Shown piece by piece: positions 37,954 to 51,760 of a stretch of DNA of 64,000 bases. Origin of the DNA: Takakia lepidozioides. Its lineage: Eukaryota > Plantae > Bryophyta. The stretch lies in assembly GCA_030704615.1 (NCBI GenBank), contig CM060732.1:15066001-15130000 (forward strand). The letters run 5' to 3'. Both the position numbers and the translations under genes were made by a program. The stretch's first letter is position 1; each line of letters starts with the position of its first letter. Below the pieces are notes generated by a model that worked only from the letters and a program-made list of their open reading frames with translations, made no database searches and was not told where the DNA came from.

Positions 37954-40900
37954 TCAAAAAGCCGTGTCCTCACGGTTTACTGTTTGGGATTCCTTTGTGA
38001 GCACCCTTCTGACGTTAGAGTCTCGTGAAGGACTCGTGTGCGAGCCCGTGTCTGTCACTGGTTGAGGAGATGATTGAACACTACCTGGATATGTCAGTCC
38101 CTCTGGAGGCTGATATCGAGGTAATCTTTCAGGCATAGGAGACCCCCGTCGCTTCTTCTCTGCCATCTGAATTGCATAGTCCTCTGCCATGTCAAAAGAG
38201 TCCGCTGAAGAAAACAGTTGTATCAGAATCCTCGTCCCCCCTGAGGTGTTTTAACTGTCGAACTTAACTGGAATTCTCTGGGGCATACAATGTTGTCCCA
38301 CCATGTCTGGAAGTTTAAATTGTAAAACTTGTTGTAAGCGCTGAATTGCAAAATTGGTGAAGACCCTGAGCTCCTTGTCTGTCCAGGTGAGTGGGGTACC
38401 AATGACTTGTGAATTGTGCAAGTATTTCCATGCCTCATGTCCCTTAAAGAAAATATCGTCAGGGCCGAATTTCTGTGTTGACAAATTGTTCCAGGCCGCA
38501 TGAAACCATGAACGAATCTGAGAATCCTTTTGCATCATAACTTTTGCCTCATATAGGTACATATGAGGGTGGCACTGAAGGTAAGACCCAATGATCCCCA
38601 CTGGAATAACTCAGAAAGCGCGTTTGCATCTTCTGCTGCTCAATGTGATAACGTACCAGAAAACAAGCAGCGTAGTATAACCCGCAGCCCATGACAATAC
38701 TTGCTACCTCTTTGGTCTTGGTATAAATGAATCCATGTACAACTTGGAAGGCAATTAATTCCTTCAACATGGTACTTGCCTCATGCCAGTACTGCGCAAA
38801 GTGATGATCCTCAATTGGTCGATTGTTCGGAAGAACTTTAGTCCTAGTTGCCACTGGCAGCCAAATGCGCATGATTTGATAGTAATGTGCCAACGACTGC
38901 GGAGGACTAAATTCTTCCAAGCCAAATCCAACACAATGGGAATTTGGTTGAAGGGCATAATCATAGCCCGACTGTACTCCCGTGCAGCTGGAGTTTTAGG
39001 TGGGTTAAAAGCAGCATTCCCCCATACCTCAGGCTGTGGTGGCTGTGGTGTGGCTGTAGTAACAACAGGGTCAGCTACTGGCACAGTGACTTGTTGTGGT
39101 GTTGGTGGCACTGGCTCTTGTACCATTGGCATCTCCTGCACCCCCTGCGAAGAAGACTGAAAAGCCAAAGTTCTGGCTTGTAAATAAGAAGCCATCAGCT
39201 GTTCCTCAGGTACAAAGACTCTCTTTGTCGATATTTGAAGTGAGGTCCTCCACTGAGTCTGCAGGCCGTCTACATCCTCCTGTAACTCCGCTATCCTACT
39301 ATAGACATTGTCTATAGTAGTTGTGGCAATGTTCTGCACTTGCAGTCTGAGCTCATTCATCTCGCTTTGGGTGAGCTTTCGTGGTGCTTTGCCCTCCACC
39401 GGCCCTTGTGCTAACCAGACCTGCATAAGGTGGTTATCCACCAAGTTGCTTGTGGCACCCTGAGAGTCTGCTCCTCTGTGAGCCTGTACATCTATCTGCT
39501 GCTGTAAAGCCTCCATGCGCTCGCATGAGGTTCAACCAAACTCGCATAGCAGCAGCCAGATTATTGGCTTCCTTCCAAGCCTTGTTAGCCACAGAGAGTT
39601 CATTTCTATTGGACATGAGCGTTTGTTGCAATTCCAGGATGTACCTCTCTTGGTCAGCTTCAACCTGCCTGTATTGCTTGAAGGTATTCTCATTGCGACA
39701 GATTGTATTCTTCATATCGACAATGAGTTTCTTGCTCGACATTCTCTGCCTTCGTACATCTTTCCGCTTGACTGTTAATTTCTATTGTAGTTGGTCAAGC
39801 GTAGTTGTGAGTGTAGCACATTGTATGGCCATCCTGTCATGCACTGTCTGCAACTCCGTATGTAGTGCATTCACTTCTTGCAACTTGCTTTCATGCTTCA
39901 CCTGCATTTGGTATAGCTGTTGCTTATGTGCTTCGTGCAACTGGTCTTGCGAGGCCTGCCTCAATCAATTGTTCCTTGGCCAATTGCAAAGCCGCTTTTG
40001 TACTCTCTAAGTCTTGCTGTATCTTGAGAGTGACCTCTCATCGACCTTGTTTGCACACTCAGTGGCAAGTCGAGCCTCAAACTCCTTCCTGAGTTCCTCC
40101 CTCAAAGCTGCCAATTGGGTAGTTGGAACATGGGATTTGACATAAGTGCCCAACAAATTAAGTGTCCTGCTTATGGAACTCATAAGCATGGCCTGTTGAG
40201 GGTCATCATGGTGAGCTTGCTGCTTTCTCCCTGATCCTCAACAGTGTGATGCCTCACGAACCATTCAGGCCATTGCCCCACCAGATTTTCTTCCTGAACC
40301 ACTTCATCCGTCACAGGTGCTGCAGTGTCTTGACATTCTACCTGTGGTACCTCCGTCACAGGTGTGTGTATTATATGCACCGCAGGGTTTCCCCTGGACA
40401 ACCGTGCACCTCCGGAATCACTGTTTCCGACCAGACCAGAATTTTCATAGAGAAGGTCCCCCTTCTCAATTTCTGCCACCACCTGTTCTGTAGTGGGATA
40501 TCTAACCCTTCTTTCTCCAAATCAATTATTTCTGGTGGCTGCATGGACAACTTGTGGTAACTCTGTGACAAGCCGATCATCTGGCTGTGATGGCTGTGAT
40601 ACTGAAGTAACTTCCTCTTCCCTCTCTGAAGGTCCTGCTTCCAATAATAGCAGCTCTCTGTGCTGCTGTGCCCCTTCCCTGCACAAGAGCTTGGGAAACA
40701 TTATCATGCGGTTTCCGTGAAGCCAGTGGATCCGCCACTACAGTCTTTCCCCGCCTCTGTCTCTTAGTCTGGGGTTGCCCTGCCAGTCCACCCTCACTGT
40801 GTGAAGAGCCTTGCTCTTCCATTGCAGTGGTTTCGGTCTCAAACACTCCCATCTCCTTTCTTTCCGAGCATCAAGTATGCAGAATCAAGAATTATTTGAG

Positions 40901-41520
40901 CAATGATTGGGCCAGACACTATGATAGGAGACTTTGCGGCAGTGCCCTGTAATCTTTTCATCTCCTCTACCAGTGCGTTGTACATTATGTCCGCCCATGC
41001 TACCTCTTCTCCTCTCAGGGCTTTGAGTATTTCCTCTGTGAAGGATCTGCTCAAATACTGTTGGTTCTGTTTCATGGCAAACAGAACGTTCAATACCTGG
41101 CCTACCTCCCTTAGCCCTGGGTACACGGCCTTGGTACAAGCATAACCCTGAGTTTTAAAGAAACTCCCTTCTTGGAATAAGTCCCCTATTTGCAGTCTTG
41201 CCCTGTGCTCCTCCACATGCACCTGACCTGATGGCAATTCAAACAATTGCTGTAGGTATAGGGGAGTAATTTCTAATTCAACTCCCTTCACCGTTGTTGC
41301 TCCTGTCCTAGGCTCAAAGTTCTCTGCAAGAATTGTAACATGTACTGCCTATGGTGCAATGTCCAATCTTTGCTTTGCAATCCTTCTAATCGCAGCTCCT
41401 TCAGTAATTGTACCGCCTGTGGAGTAGCAATCGTTTGTTTCTGCAGGATTGTGGTGCTCTTCACCCTGATTTCTTCCATTCCTCTCACTCTCTTCATTCT
41501 AGACCCACAGAAAGGTTTTG
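37954..41520 (-). pseudogene. Large extra ORF region downstream of integrase in element C, probably one frameshifted ORF
   Basis: Chain of same-strand ORFs: 41288-41713, 40839-41291, 40577-40852, 40180-40482, coiled-coil 39434-40189, 38764-39516, 38549-38920, 38251-38601, 37954-38190. Confidence 0.7.
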
Positions 41521-44500
41521 GCTGTAACAATTGAAGAAATGCCTGCAGGGCACAAAGCATAAACGTATGGTTGCCACAAAATGCTATGGGTAATTTCTTG
41601 TAAGCCTGCGGGGCTTGCAAGCATCGATTAAGAGAAAAGATCCGCTCTGTTCTTCCGTCCCTATGCCACTGCGTAAGTAATATTGCGAGCGTATAGTCTG
41701 TTAGTTCCTCCATAGCTTCAAAGCTATAGCATTGATGGTTTTGTCCCGTCGAGACGCCCGTTACTTGGAACGACGCCGACTCTTGCGCTTAAAATCCCTC
41801 CAATTTCTTGATCCTGCTTCTGGCTTTGATTGGCTGTAACCGCTGTGACTGGATTTTAGATTTAATTTTCTTTAGTGGACTTTCCCTGCTGGACTGTCCA
41901 CTAGGATAACACATGTGACAAGAATTTCGCTTTTCTGTACTTGCCGTTTGTTCCGTTGCCTTTTTCCGTATTCATTAATGGGCCCGCCATTCATCCGAAT
42001 TGACGTGCTAAGTAGGTACTTTGACGGCCATTCTTGTCCTTTCTTGATGACACCTGTTCTTGCACTTCCTTCTCAGCTGTGTGTCGCGCCCTGACTTCCA
42101 CGTGTCCATTTCTAAACTGGCTTCCGTCCTTTCTTCCGCCGGCCATTTCCTGAAGTTATCCTGCGTCCACCTGTCACTGATTCTATGGATTGTGTAACCC
42201 TAGTAGGCTGTGTTGAGCTGTGACAGGCTGTGTCTGTGGGCTGTGATAGGCTGTGGTTGTGGTAGGTGTGATAGGGCTGTGATAGGCTGTATATATGCTC
42301 GGCCTAGCGACAAGTGCTCCATACTCCGTTGGTATCACTGGCGCAGCCCGTGACTGCTTTTGCGTTTCAACATGCAAATCATGCTGCAATGGTTTGTCAT
42401 GGATACCACTGTACCCCTTCAACTTATTGGCATTGACTCTTCCCAGCATCTCTTTGTTAATGGTTTGTAACATGGCGGTGTTGTTATCATACATCTTCTG
42501 TATGACATAAGGTCCTTTCCATGGTGATTTAAGCTTAGAAGCTTTAATCTTTCCCTTCTTCTGCAACCAGAGAACCAAATCTCCCGTCTTAAAAGTCTTT
42601 AACTTGCCTTCATCAAACTGTTCCTTCCTCTTCATCTGAATTCTGGTCATATTATCAGCTGCATCAGCACGTACTTCTTCCACATGGTATAATTCATGTT
42701 TCCTGACCTTAAATCTTGCAATGGTTCTCATGGTAGGTAACAGGAATTCCACTGGAAGTAAAGCTTCCATACCATAAACTAATTGGAATGGTGTATACTT
42801 AGTGGTGACTTTATATGAAGTCCTGTATGACCACAAAGCTGTCAGCAGCGTATCCCAATCCGTTCTGTTTGCATTGACTATCTTAGCCAAGATAGTACAT
42901 AGTATTTTTGGTAGCCTCTGCCTGCCCATTACCCTGTGGGTAATATGTTGTACTCTTCCTATGCACAATCATGAACTCTTTAGTCAATAATTCAATGGTC
43001 TCATTAATGAAGTGACTTCCCTGATCACTGATAAATTCCAAGGGACAGCCAAATCGTGTAAGTATGTTCTCATACAGGAACCTTGCTGTGGACTTGGCTG
43101 TGTTGTCCCTCAAAGCTTTAGCTTCCACCCACTTCGTAGTATAATCAGTGGCTGTAATTATGTACCTGTTCTGTGTATTCTTGGCTGGTGGGTTAATTGG
43201 TCCAACAAAGTCTAGTCCCCATTTCTGAAATGGTTCCGTAGGCATTGTAGGATGCAAAGCCATCTTCCCAGATCTCTGCAAAGGTCCTAGCCTCTGACAT
43301 TCATCACAACTCTGACAATACTTGTGTACATCTTTGAACAAAGTAGGCCACCAGTAACCTGCATGTAGTATCTTCCTACTGGTAGTCTCTTCTCCAAAAT
43401 GACCTCCTGCCACTCCTTTATGAACTTCCTCCAAAACTTTATTAACTTCATGGTGGTATAAGCATCGCTTCAGCACTCCATCTGGTCCTAGCTTATACAT
43501 TCTGCTCCCTACCATAGTGTAAGGTAGAGCCTTGATAGCAATTCTCTTTCTCTGCTCCTTTCCATAACTTGGTGGGCACTGACCATGAGCAAGGTAGTAT
43601 CTGATTGGCCACTGCCAATCTAACCAGTCATCTGCACTTCCCTGCACCTCCACTGCAATAGACTCGCATCTGGTAATTGATCATCTACTCCCGTGGCTGG
43701 TTCTCCTGTTGATAACCGTGACAAGTGATCCGCCACAAGATGCAGCCTCCCAGGCTTGTAAACAACCTCGAACTCAAACTCGTGCAAGATTATCAACCAT
43801 CTTGCTATTCTTCTTCCGCTTATCAGAGGTTTGTTTACCAGGTATATCAGAGCCTGGTGATCCACATAGAACATAAACTTCTTGCCCAACAGGTAATGCC
43901 TGAATTTCTTCACTGCATAGATCATTGCCAATGCTTCTCTTTCCGTTGTGCTATAATTTCTTTCGGCATTGTTCATCAATCGGCTAGCATAGTACACAGG
44001 TGAATCTATCCTTCCTGTAACATTTTGGGCTAACACTGCTCCTAGTGCTTCTCCAGAAGCATCACAGTGAATGAAATATTTCCTGCCAGTGAGGATTAAT
44101 CAGCACAGGTGTAGTTGTTACTGACAATGTAAGTTCCTCAAAAGCCTGTTGACATTCAGGTGTCCATGCAAACACTGCATCTTTCTTCAGAAGTTTGCTC
44201 AATGGTGCTGCTATCTGTGCATACCGTCTGACAAATCTTCTGTAATAACTGGTTTGCCAAGGAATCTCCTTAGACTCTTAACATTCACTGGTGGTGGAGA
44301 GGCTTTAATGGCCTCTGTTTTCCTGGGATCCACAAGAAGTCCCCTCTTACACACAATGTGTCCCAGAAGCACCCCTGAGTTCACACAGAAAGTACACTTC
44401 TCTGGATTCAGGCCCAGACCTCTCATCCTGCATCTGGCCAGACATAACTCCAATTTATGCAAGTGCTCATTCTTAGAGCTGTACACACTGAAATCATCCA

Positions 44501-47500
44501 AGAACACCTGCATGAAAAGATACTCATGAAAAGATTCACTTATCACTCTCTGAAAGGTTGCTGGTGCATTACAAAGTCCAAAGGGCATGACTTTGTATGC
44601 ATAAGCACCCCAGTCTGTGATGAAAGCTGTCTTTCCTTGGTCTTCTTCTGCCACTTGCACTTGATTATAACCACTGAAGCCATCCATGAATGAGTATCTC
44701 ATGGCCTGCCACAGTGTCCAATACTGCTTCTGTGAATGGCAAAGGGAAAGGATCTTTCTTCGTACAAGCATTCAGCTTCTTGTAGTTCACACAAACTCTT
44801 AGTTTACCATTCTTCTTGGGAACTATCACAATGGGTGACAACCAAGTTGTATACTCTATTGGGTATATAAACTTAGCCTCAGCCAACTTCTTGATCTCTT
44901 CTCCAACCTTCTGTGCATAGTTGGGATTCATTCTGTACCTTGCCTGCTTGATTGGTACTGACCCTGGTTCCAGTTCAATCTTATGCTGACAGATTCAGGT
45001 GGTATCCCTTTTAGATCCTCATAGCTCCAAGCAAATACATCTCTGTATTTGATGAACAAACTCTTAGCTTCTTCAAAGAATTCTGGCTCCAAATCAGCTC
45101 CTACCTTCACCATCCTCGGTTCCTCTTTTCCCACATTCACTTCCCTCACCTGCTCATCAGCTGTGATTGTCCAACCAGTCACCACTTCATCCTGTAAACT
45201 CACAGTGGCTGGTTCCTCTAGGATTTCCATTTCTCCTTCTCTTTCTTCATAGAAATGTGATGGGTAACTGCTGGTTTCCTCTTCAATTGGTGTTGCTGAC
45301 ACTACACCACAGCAGATACCTCTTAAACAACTTAGGCCTTCCAGCCGCATCTCTGCAACCTGCTCCCACTCTGGGTGTGCAGCAAACAGGGTAGCTTCCT
45401 GCTCCTCATCCAGTCCTCCTCTCCAGTCATACTCTCTGACCCCTCGAGGTCTTCTCGTAGCAGGTAATCTACTAGATTTCTTTGTGGTAATTTGTATCTC
45501 GTGCATCCCATTATGCACGGTTAGTAACTGAGAATTCCAGTCATGGAATACCCTGGCCTGTTTCAGCCACGGACGTCCCAATAATAAGGAGTAAGCCTCC
45601 ATGACTTCATCCATCTTCAACACAGTTACTGTGATCATAAAGCTCCATCTTCTGTATCTGTATCTTAAACTCCTCTTATTAATCCCAATGGCTGTACACC
45701 CTTTGATCTGCCATTGTTACCGTAAATGGGGCTGGTTTCATGTTACTTAGACCAAGCTTCTTCTTAATATTGTCTGTCATGATATTTATTCCAGAGCCTT
45801 CATCTATCAGTACATCAGTTAGTTCTGTGCTTCCAATTTCTCAATTGGATTACTGGCATAGAATAATCAAGTCATGACTGTTTCTTTTCCTTTCTCGCCC
45901 TTCCGCCTACATCCAACATGGTCACCTTTCGTTCAGGTCTGTGTTTCCTTTCTCATGGGCAATTCGATTGATTGCTTGATACAGCCTGTGTCTACATAAG
46001 GTGCTACATCCAATAGCTGTCCAATTGTAATCTCTGCTATTGGTCTGGCATATTACTTCACAAGCCAAAGTCCCTGTTCATTACTTTGCATGTCTGCCAG
46101 CTTCTTTCTTCCTTTCATTTCCTCACTCACTTCTTCTTCTCCATCAGAATCAGAGGAATCTGCCACAGGAATATCAGTACTCTTCTGCATTTCCCTTATG
46201 GTATCTGCCACTCCTTGTGCAGTTCTTTCTCATCTCTCCAGCCTCATCATCTTCAGGCATATCACTGCCACCATTCATTATCATCATCTTCCTCGACTAC
46301 TGGAGGTATTAGTTTGGCTTTGCTTCTTGTTACTTCATTGTACTTACTTCTGGTACAACACATGGCCTAACCATGTGAGCTGCCACCACTGGGCCCTCAT
46401 TCACAGGAGCTCTCATCTCATTCTGGTGTCTAATCAGAATGAAACAAGCTGCCTTGCGATGTCCTGGCTGATACAAATAGTAACACATTTCTTCACCATT
46501 GGGTCCTCGCCCTTGGTCTGCTCTTGGTTATTTCTGTAATCCTGATTCCCGGCTGGTAATTCCCCCTTGGATTACCCTGATAGTTGCCTCTGGAATTTTC
46601 TTGGTAATTCCCTCTGAATTACCTCTCCCTTCCATTGCCCATTGTTATAACCACCAGACCTACTATAGTGGTCCTGATCATTGTTTCTTCTTGGCTGGGG
46701 TTGCACCTGATGCACATTACTTGCCTAGGTTCTCTTGCAGCTGTCCTTCTGTTGTAGTAACAATTCTCAGTAGAATGGTTATCCATTTTTACAGATAGTA
46801 CAGTGTTTCTCCTTCATGTGCATTCAGTTGGTATGGCCCTTCATTCTGGCACTTTGCACACCATACCCCTTCCTCCAGTGTGTTTGCAGCCTCTGTGGCA
46901 TACTTCTTCAAGATTTCTTCTAATCTTTTCTCATAGTTATCCCTCTTCAACTTTCTCCTTTCTCTTACTCTCCTTTTTAGTTCTTGCTCTTCTTCTTCAT
47001 CTGACTCATCCTCAGAGTCCTCATCCTCATCCCTTTTCTCTCCCTGAGCATTCCCAATTGCTCAATTCTGTTTGCAGTTTCAAATGCCTCCTCCACTGTA
47101 TTATGGGTAACATATCCACTTCTTTTTGCAACTCTGGTCTTAGTCCACTCACAAACCAAGTCTTCTGTAAACCTGGTGCTGGTACAGCAGCCAGCTTTTT
47201 CATCATCAATTCCATCTTTTCCATATACTCCTCAACAGTTTCATGCTTCCTTTGCTTTAACTGTTGTAAACTTCCATACACTTCATGCTCAGTTTTACTT
47301 GTTCTGAACCTATTTCGAATGCTGTATTCAAGCCATTCCAGGTTAGGAAATGATTATCAGGGAATCTTTCATACCATTCACTTGCTTTCTTTATAAGTGA
47401 ACAAGGAAACAATCTCATCTTGGCATCATTGCCATTCTCATTGTTCACTATACACATGTGCTCAATGGGCTAAATGTGTACATCGGAAACCCCTTTTCCT

Positions 47501-48960
47501 GAATATATTGAAAATGTGGTTTTGCCCGTGTTGGTTGTAACGCCATCTGTGGCCCTACCTTCTGCCCACTGACAGGTGCTGGCACCCCTTGCTGGTGCTG
47601 GTCCCTCAGGACCTGTTGTTGTTGTGGTGGATCTTCCACCAAGTGGTGCCCTTGAGCACTCCCCCTACTATGACCCCACGATATTCATAGTATTCCCAGC
47701 TCCAGTTGCACTACTTCCCACACTCCATGTCCCCCCAGAGCCAGATCCAGGCAGCCCGCCTGATCCCCCTGAGCCGACACCTTCGTTGGCCTGTGATCCA
47801 GTGCTCCACTTGATCCAGGTCCAACGGGTTGGGATGTCCTGGTTGTAGTCTCAACCTCAGCTGTTGGGTCTACTTCTTCATACTCTCCTTCTTCCAATTT
47901 CTTCTCTCTATTTTCATCCTCCAAGTTCTGCCCTTGGGTTTCTTCTTCACTCATGTAACTCAACTGCAATGGTGTTGGAGAGTCTGAACTCTCCGTGGGC
48001 TCTGCCACATCCTCTCCTCCTTCTTCATCACCTTCCGCTTCAGAAACTGGAGTTCCTGCTTTTGTGTTCCATGCCAACTCTTATCAAAGATTTCTGTCAA
48101 ATCTTTTATCCAGGGATGTACCTCAGATCTTTCACCTCGTGATTGATCTTCTTCCCGTACCAAATCCCTTAATCTTTCTTGCAAAGAAAAAGAAGGAGTG
48201 GCATCCAACTCTAGTTCTTCCGGTATGGGTGATGTACTCTCTGATCTTAATGATGTGAGAGTCCAGATGATTCCCCTATGTCTATTCCTCTCTCCCCAAA
48301 GATATGGATAATTAGCTTTCAGATAGCTTTCTCTTTTTGCTGAATATCTCTGGCATCTAGCTTCTCTTTCATCACTCATGTCCCATGTCTTTCATTTCTT
48401 TTAATGTGGCAATAACCAAAACTCTCTTCTGTAATATCTCTCGTATATGCCTGGGTTTCTTTCAAGCTTCAATGCACCCTTGGCTATACTAGAAGTCTCC
48501 GTTACCATATAACCATATGGCAAACAGTCTGGAAAGCTGTTCTTGGTGTGAGTTTGATCCACAAAATATCCTTTGGAATCCAATTCTTTACCAGTACAAG
48601 CTCTTCATGCATATGAGTATAAATATTCACCTTTCTTTCCTCCCAGCCTTCTACTCGCTTAATGGATAGCAATGCTATCACATAAACCAGTGTTGGTAAC
48701 CAACGTGCTCTTCCTCTACAGGCCACCTGATAAATCTTTATCACTCCTTTCTCCAGACCCCACTCAAGGTCAGCATCATGCACTCTCTTAATAATGTTTT
48801 CTTTACAACCGTCTGGCAATTCCAAGAACCTCTGAAAGAATCGTTTGGACAATCTTTCCTTCTCAGTTTCACAAGGAATTTGATTCACATCAAATTCTTT
48901 AATTCTCCAACCACCATGATCCCACCAGATGCCTGTTGCATCTGGTTGTTCATGACCCAG

Positions 48961-48979
48961 TTCCCCAGTATGGTCGCCA
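48961..48979 (-). promoter_or_regulatory. Primer binding site of element C, possibly tRNA-Arg-like
   Basis: TGGCGACCATACTGGGGA lies 2 nt after the 5' LTR. The tRNA identity is from memory of similar PBS sequences and was not checked. Confidence 0.75.
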
Positions 48980-48981
48980 AA

Positions 48982-49888
48982 TGTCGCGCGGCTTTTACTC
49001 ACCCATCCCTTCGCTATCCGAGGTGGGAACTCCAAGATAGAAGAGTTGGAAATCTCTAAGCACTCAGCCCGCTCAGAACAATCAGTCATGACCTACAGCT
49101 AGTGTATCATGGGGGTGTTTCCTATTTGTACTCCTTCCCGCATTCATGTTAGCGAGTTACCTTACTATCTGCAATTAAGTATCAGTTTGCTTCAAAAATC
49201 TATCGGATTCCATCCATTCATTCCACGGCTTCACTCAGGTCTCTCTACACAGTGTGAGTATGAAGTATGTATCAGATTAATATCTATCAAGTATCAGGCT
49301 GAAGCCATGGTGTCTCTATTCTGCTCTACATTACAACTCTACTTCTTGCATTCAGCCAGTATCAACAGATCGTTTTCTTCCTACTCCGTGCTCTCCCTCT
49401 TCTCCTCAGAAATGCGCTCTCCGCTCCATTTCCAAGTTCTGATCCCCACGAAGTGATCATCCTCCAGTCCCCGCTCCTCGCTTTATCTTCCTTTCCGTGG
49501 TTCTAACCGTTTCCCTCACTAACCGTCATCCATGAACTAACATGTTCCATTCGCAGATGTTGTTCCCCACAGTCGTTCCCTGTCCTGCTATCCGTTCCCT
49601 ATGGTCGTGACAGCTGTGTCAAGCTGTGACTGGCTGTGTGAAACTGTGACTGGCTGTGCGATTGTGTTGGGCTGTGTCGGGCTGTGTCGAGCTGTGACTG
49701 GCTGTGGCGGCTGTGGCGGCTGTGTCGGACTGTGACGGGCTGTGTTGGACTGTGATGGGTTGTGTAACCCTCCCCCTAAAGTGCGCTGCTCTCACCCCTA
49801 AGGCTCTTGTTGGTCTCAGTCTGTGCAAAAATTAAGGGTACCCCACAGATCCCGTAAAAGTGCCTAAGTCCCAGACAGTCCTCTAACA
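48982..49888 (-). repeat. 5' LTR of element C
   Basis: TGTTAGAGG...GCGCGACA on the minus strand; highly similar to 37061-37937 with scattered indels. Confidence 0.95.
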
Positions 49889-51760
49889 CAGGGGGCGTCC
49901 CTTTCAGCTGCATACGGATTGGAGCATGTTGGGTCTTGGAGCGGTGCTCACACAGGTGGATGATGAGGGAAGAGAGTTCGTAGTGGCTTATGCTATCCGC
50001 TCGAACAACGCTCCAGAGGCTAAGTACAGCTCATATGAGGGAGAGTGCTTAGCTGCAGTGTGGGCCGTGGCACACTTCAGGTGCTATCTATACGGCAATC
50101 TTTTCACCCTTGTCACAGATCACCAGCCACTCAAGTGGTTGATGGAGTCAGAAAAGCTTACGGGGAAGCTTGCACGGTGGGCACTCATACTCCAGGAGTA
50201 TGACTTTCAAGTTTTGCATCGACCGGGTTTGGTCAATCGGGATGCGGATGGATTGAGTCGCAATCCATGCATGAGCCAGCAGGATGACACTGGAGCTGGG
50301 TGGCATGGTGAGACGGAGGAGGAGATGGTGCCGGGATGGCACGCATCTGTTTTTTTGTGTATCTTGGCATCGGGAGGTCAGGTTGGACCTACAATAGGGA
50401 TGACTGTAGACGGAGTGTCTGAGGACCCTGAGGCTAGTGATGAGCCAGGTGGTGCCAGAGATATACATGAGGATTCGGCTGTGTTGGACTACCTCCGCAC
50501 GGGAGACACGGCAGCCAGTGTGACTGCCAGGGAGAGGGATCGGATCCTGCAACGAGCCAAGAGGTTCAAGTGGGAGGGGATACACCTACTTCGAGTGTGG
50601 GAGGATGGTCGAGTGAGGATTGTGCCTTAGCCCACACAGCGTGCATGGTTAGTGCGGCATGCCCATGAGGAGTTGGGGCATTTTGGAGTGCGACGCACTC
50701 ACAGTTTACTGCAGGGGCAGTATTGGTGGCGTGGTATGCATACAGAGGTGCAATAGTTCATGGCTAGGTGCATGGTGTGTGACAGGGTGCGTGCTTCATT
50801 CAACGCCCCTACACCACAGTTGCATCATTTACCAATCATGGGATTGGGCTACAGGTGGAGTCTTGACTTCGCAGGACCGTTGCCACTGACTATGCGCCAC
50901 CACAGATATGTGCTAGTGATGGTGGAGCACTTCTCCAAGTGGATTGAGTTGGTTCCATTGCCTGACAAGGCTAGTGAGGGGGCTGCGTATGCATTTTTGG
51001 ATCGTGTGCTTAGCCGATTTGGTGCTCCAGCTGAGGTACTCACGGACCAAGGGAGAGAGTTCTTGGGGGAGTTTCAGGTTTTGTGTGATAAAGCCTTGAT
51101 AGACCACCGCACCACTTCTCGGGATCATCCTGAGGCCGATGGCTTAGCAGAGAGAGTTGTTCAGACGGTGAAGAGGGGTTTGCGCAAGTATGGCTTGCAG
51201 AAGGGACACCTAGGAGATTGGGATCTTCAGGTTCCTTGGTTAGCCATGGGCACAGGTTCAGCAAACAAGCATCACTTGCCTCCTTCTCACCATATTTCCT
51301 TCTCTTTGGCCAAGAGCCGGATTTGCCTGCAGCCATTCGTAGGGACACTGCTCAAATCCTTAACCTTGACGATCCGGACGTGTGGGTACGTGCATGTGAT
51401 CAGCGTGCATAATTGTTCAAGAAAGTCATGCCCATGGCTTTTGAGAACCTTGCCATTGCACAGCACCGTGATACGTTGAGGTATGCCACTATACGTGGTG
51501 GAGGATATCGTCCTGGGGTTCGGAGGTTTAGCCCTGGTGACTATGTTTATTTGCAGCAGACTGCTCCTACGACTCTGGATGTTACTGCAGGGCGTGTTAT
51601 TCTGAGGGGTCGAGAGGTGTTGCCCTCAGGGGTCCTGATCTTGGAGGGTCAGGATGGCATGACTTGGAAGGACCATGTACGTAATTGTGCGCCATGTCAC
51701 CTTCCCAATGTCGATGGCAGAGTTGACCCAAACTTGGCAGTGGTACCTGCAGGTTTGAGG

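Larger units (their letters stand above)
37061..49888 (-). mobile_element. Full-length Ty3/Gypsy element C (no chromodomain seen), 12.8 kb, nested in element B
   Basis: Two LTRs with TG...CA ends; 5-bp TSD CAGGG at 37056-37060 and 49889-49893; gag ~46700-48380; protease VLIDEGSG ~45800; RT 44211-44931 (FLDDF); RNase H 43620-44080; integrase 42183-43653; extra ORFs on both sides of gag-pol. Confidence 0.96.

Noticed and set aside
37954-41520. env gene (endogenous retrovirus-like)
   Set aside because: No signal peptide or transmembrane helix is evident; reported as an unknown accessory ORF instead.
46040-47396. Long plus-strand ORFs rich in Leu, Phe and Ser
   Set aside because: They are antisense shadows of the purine-rich gag of element C.
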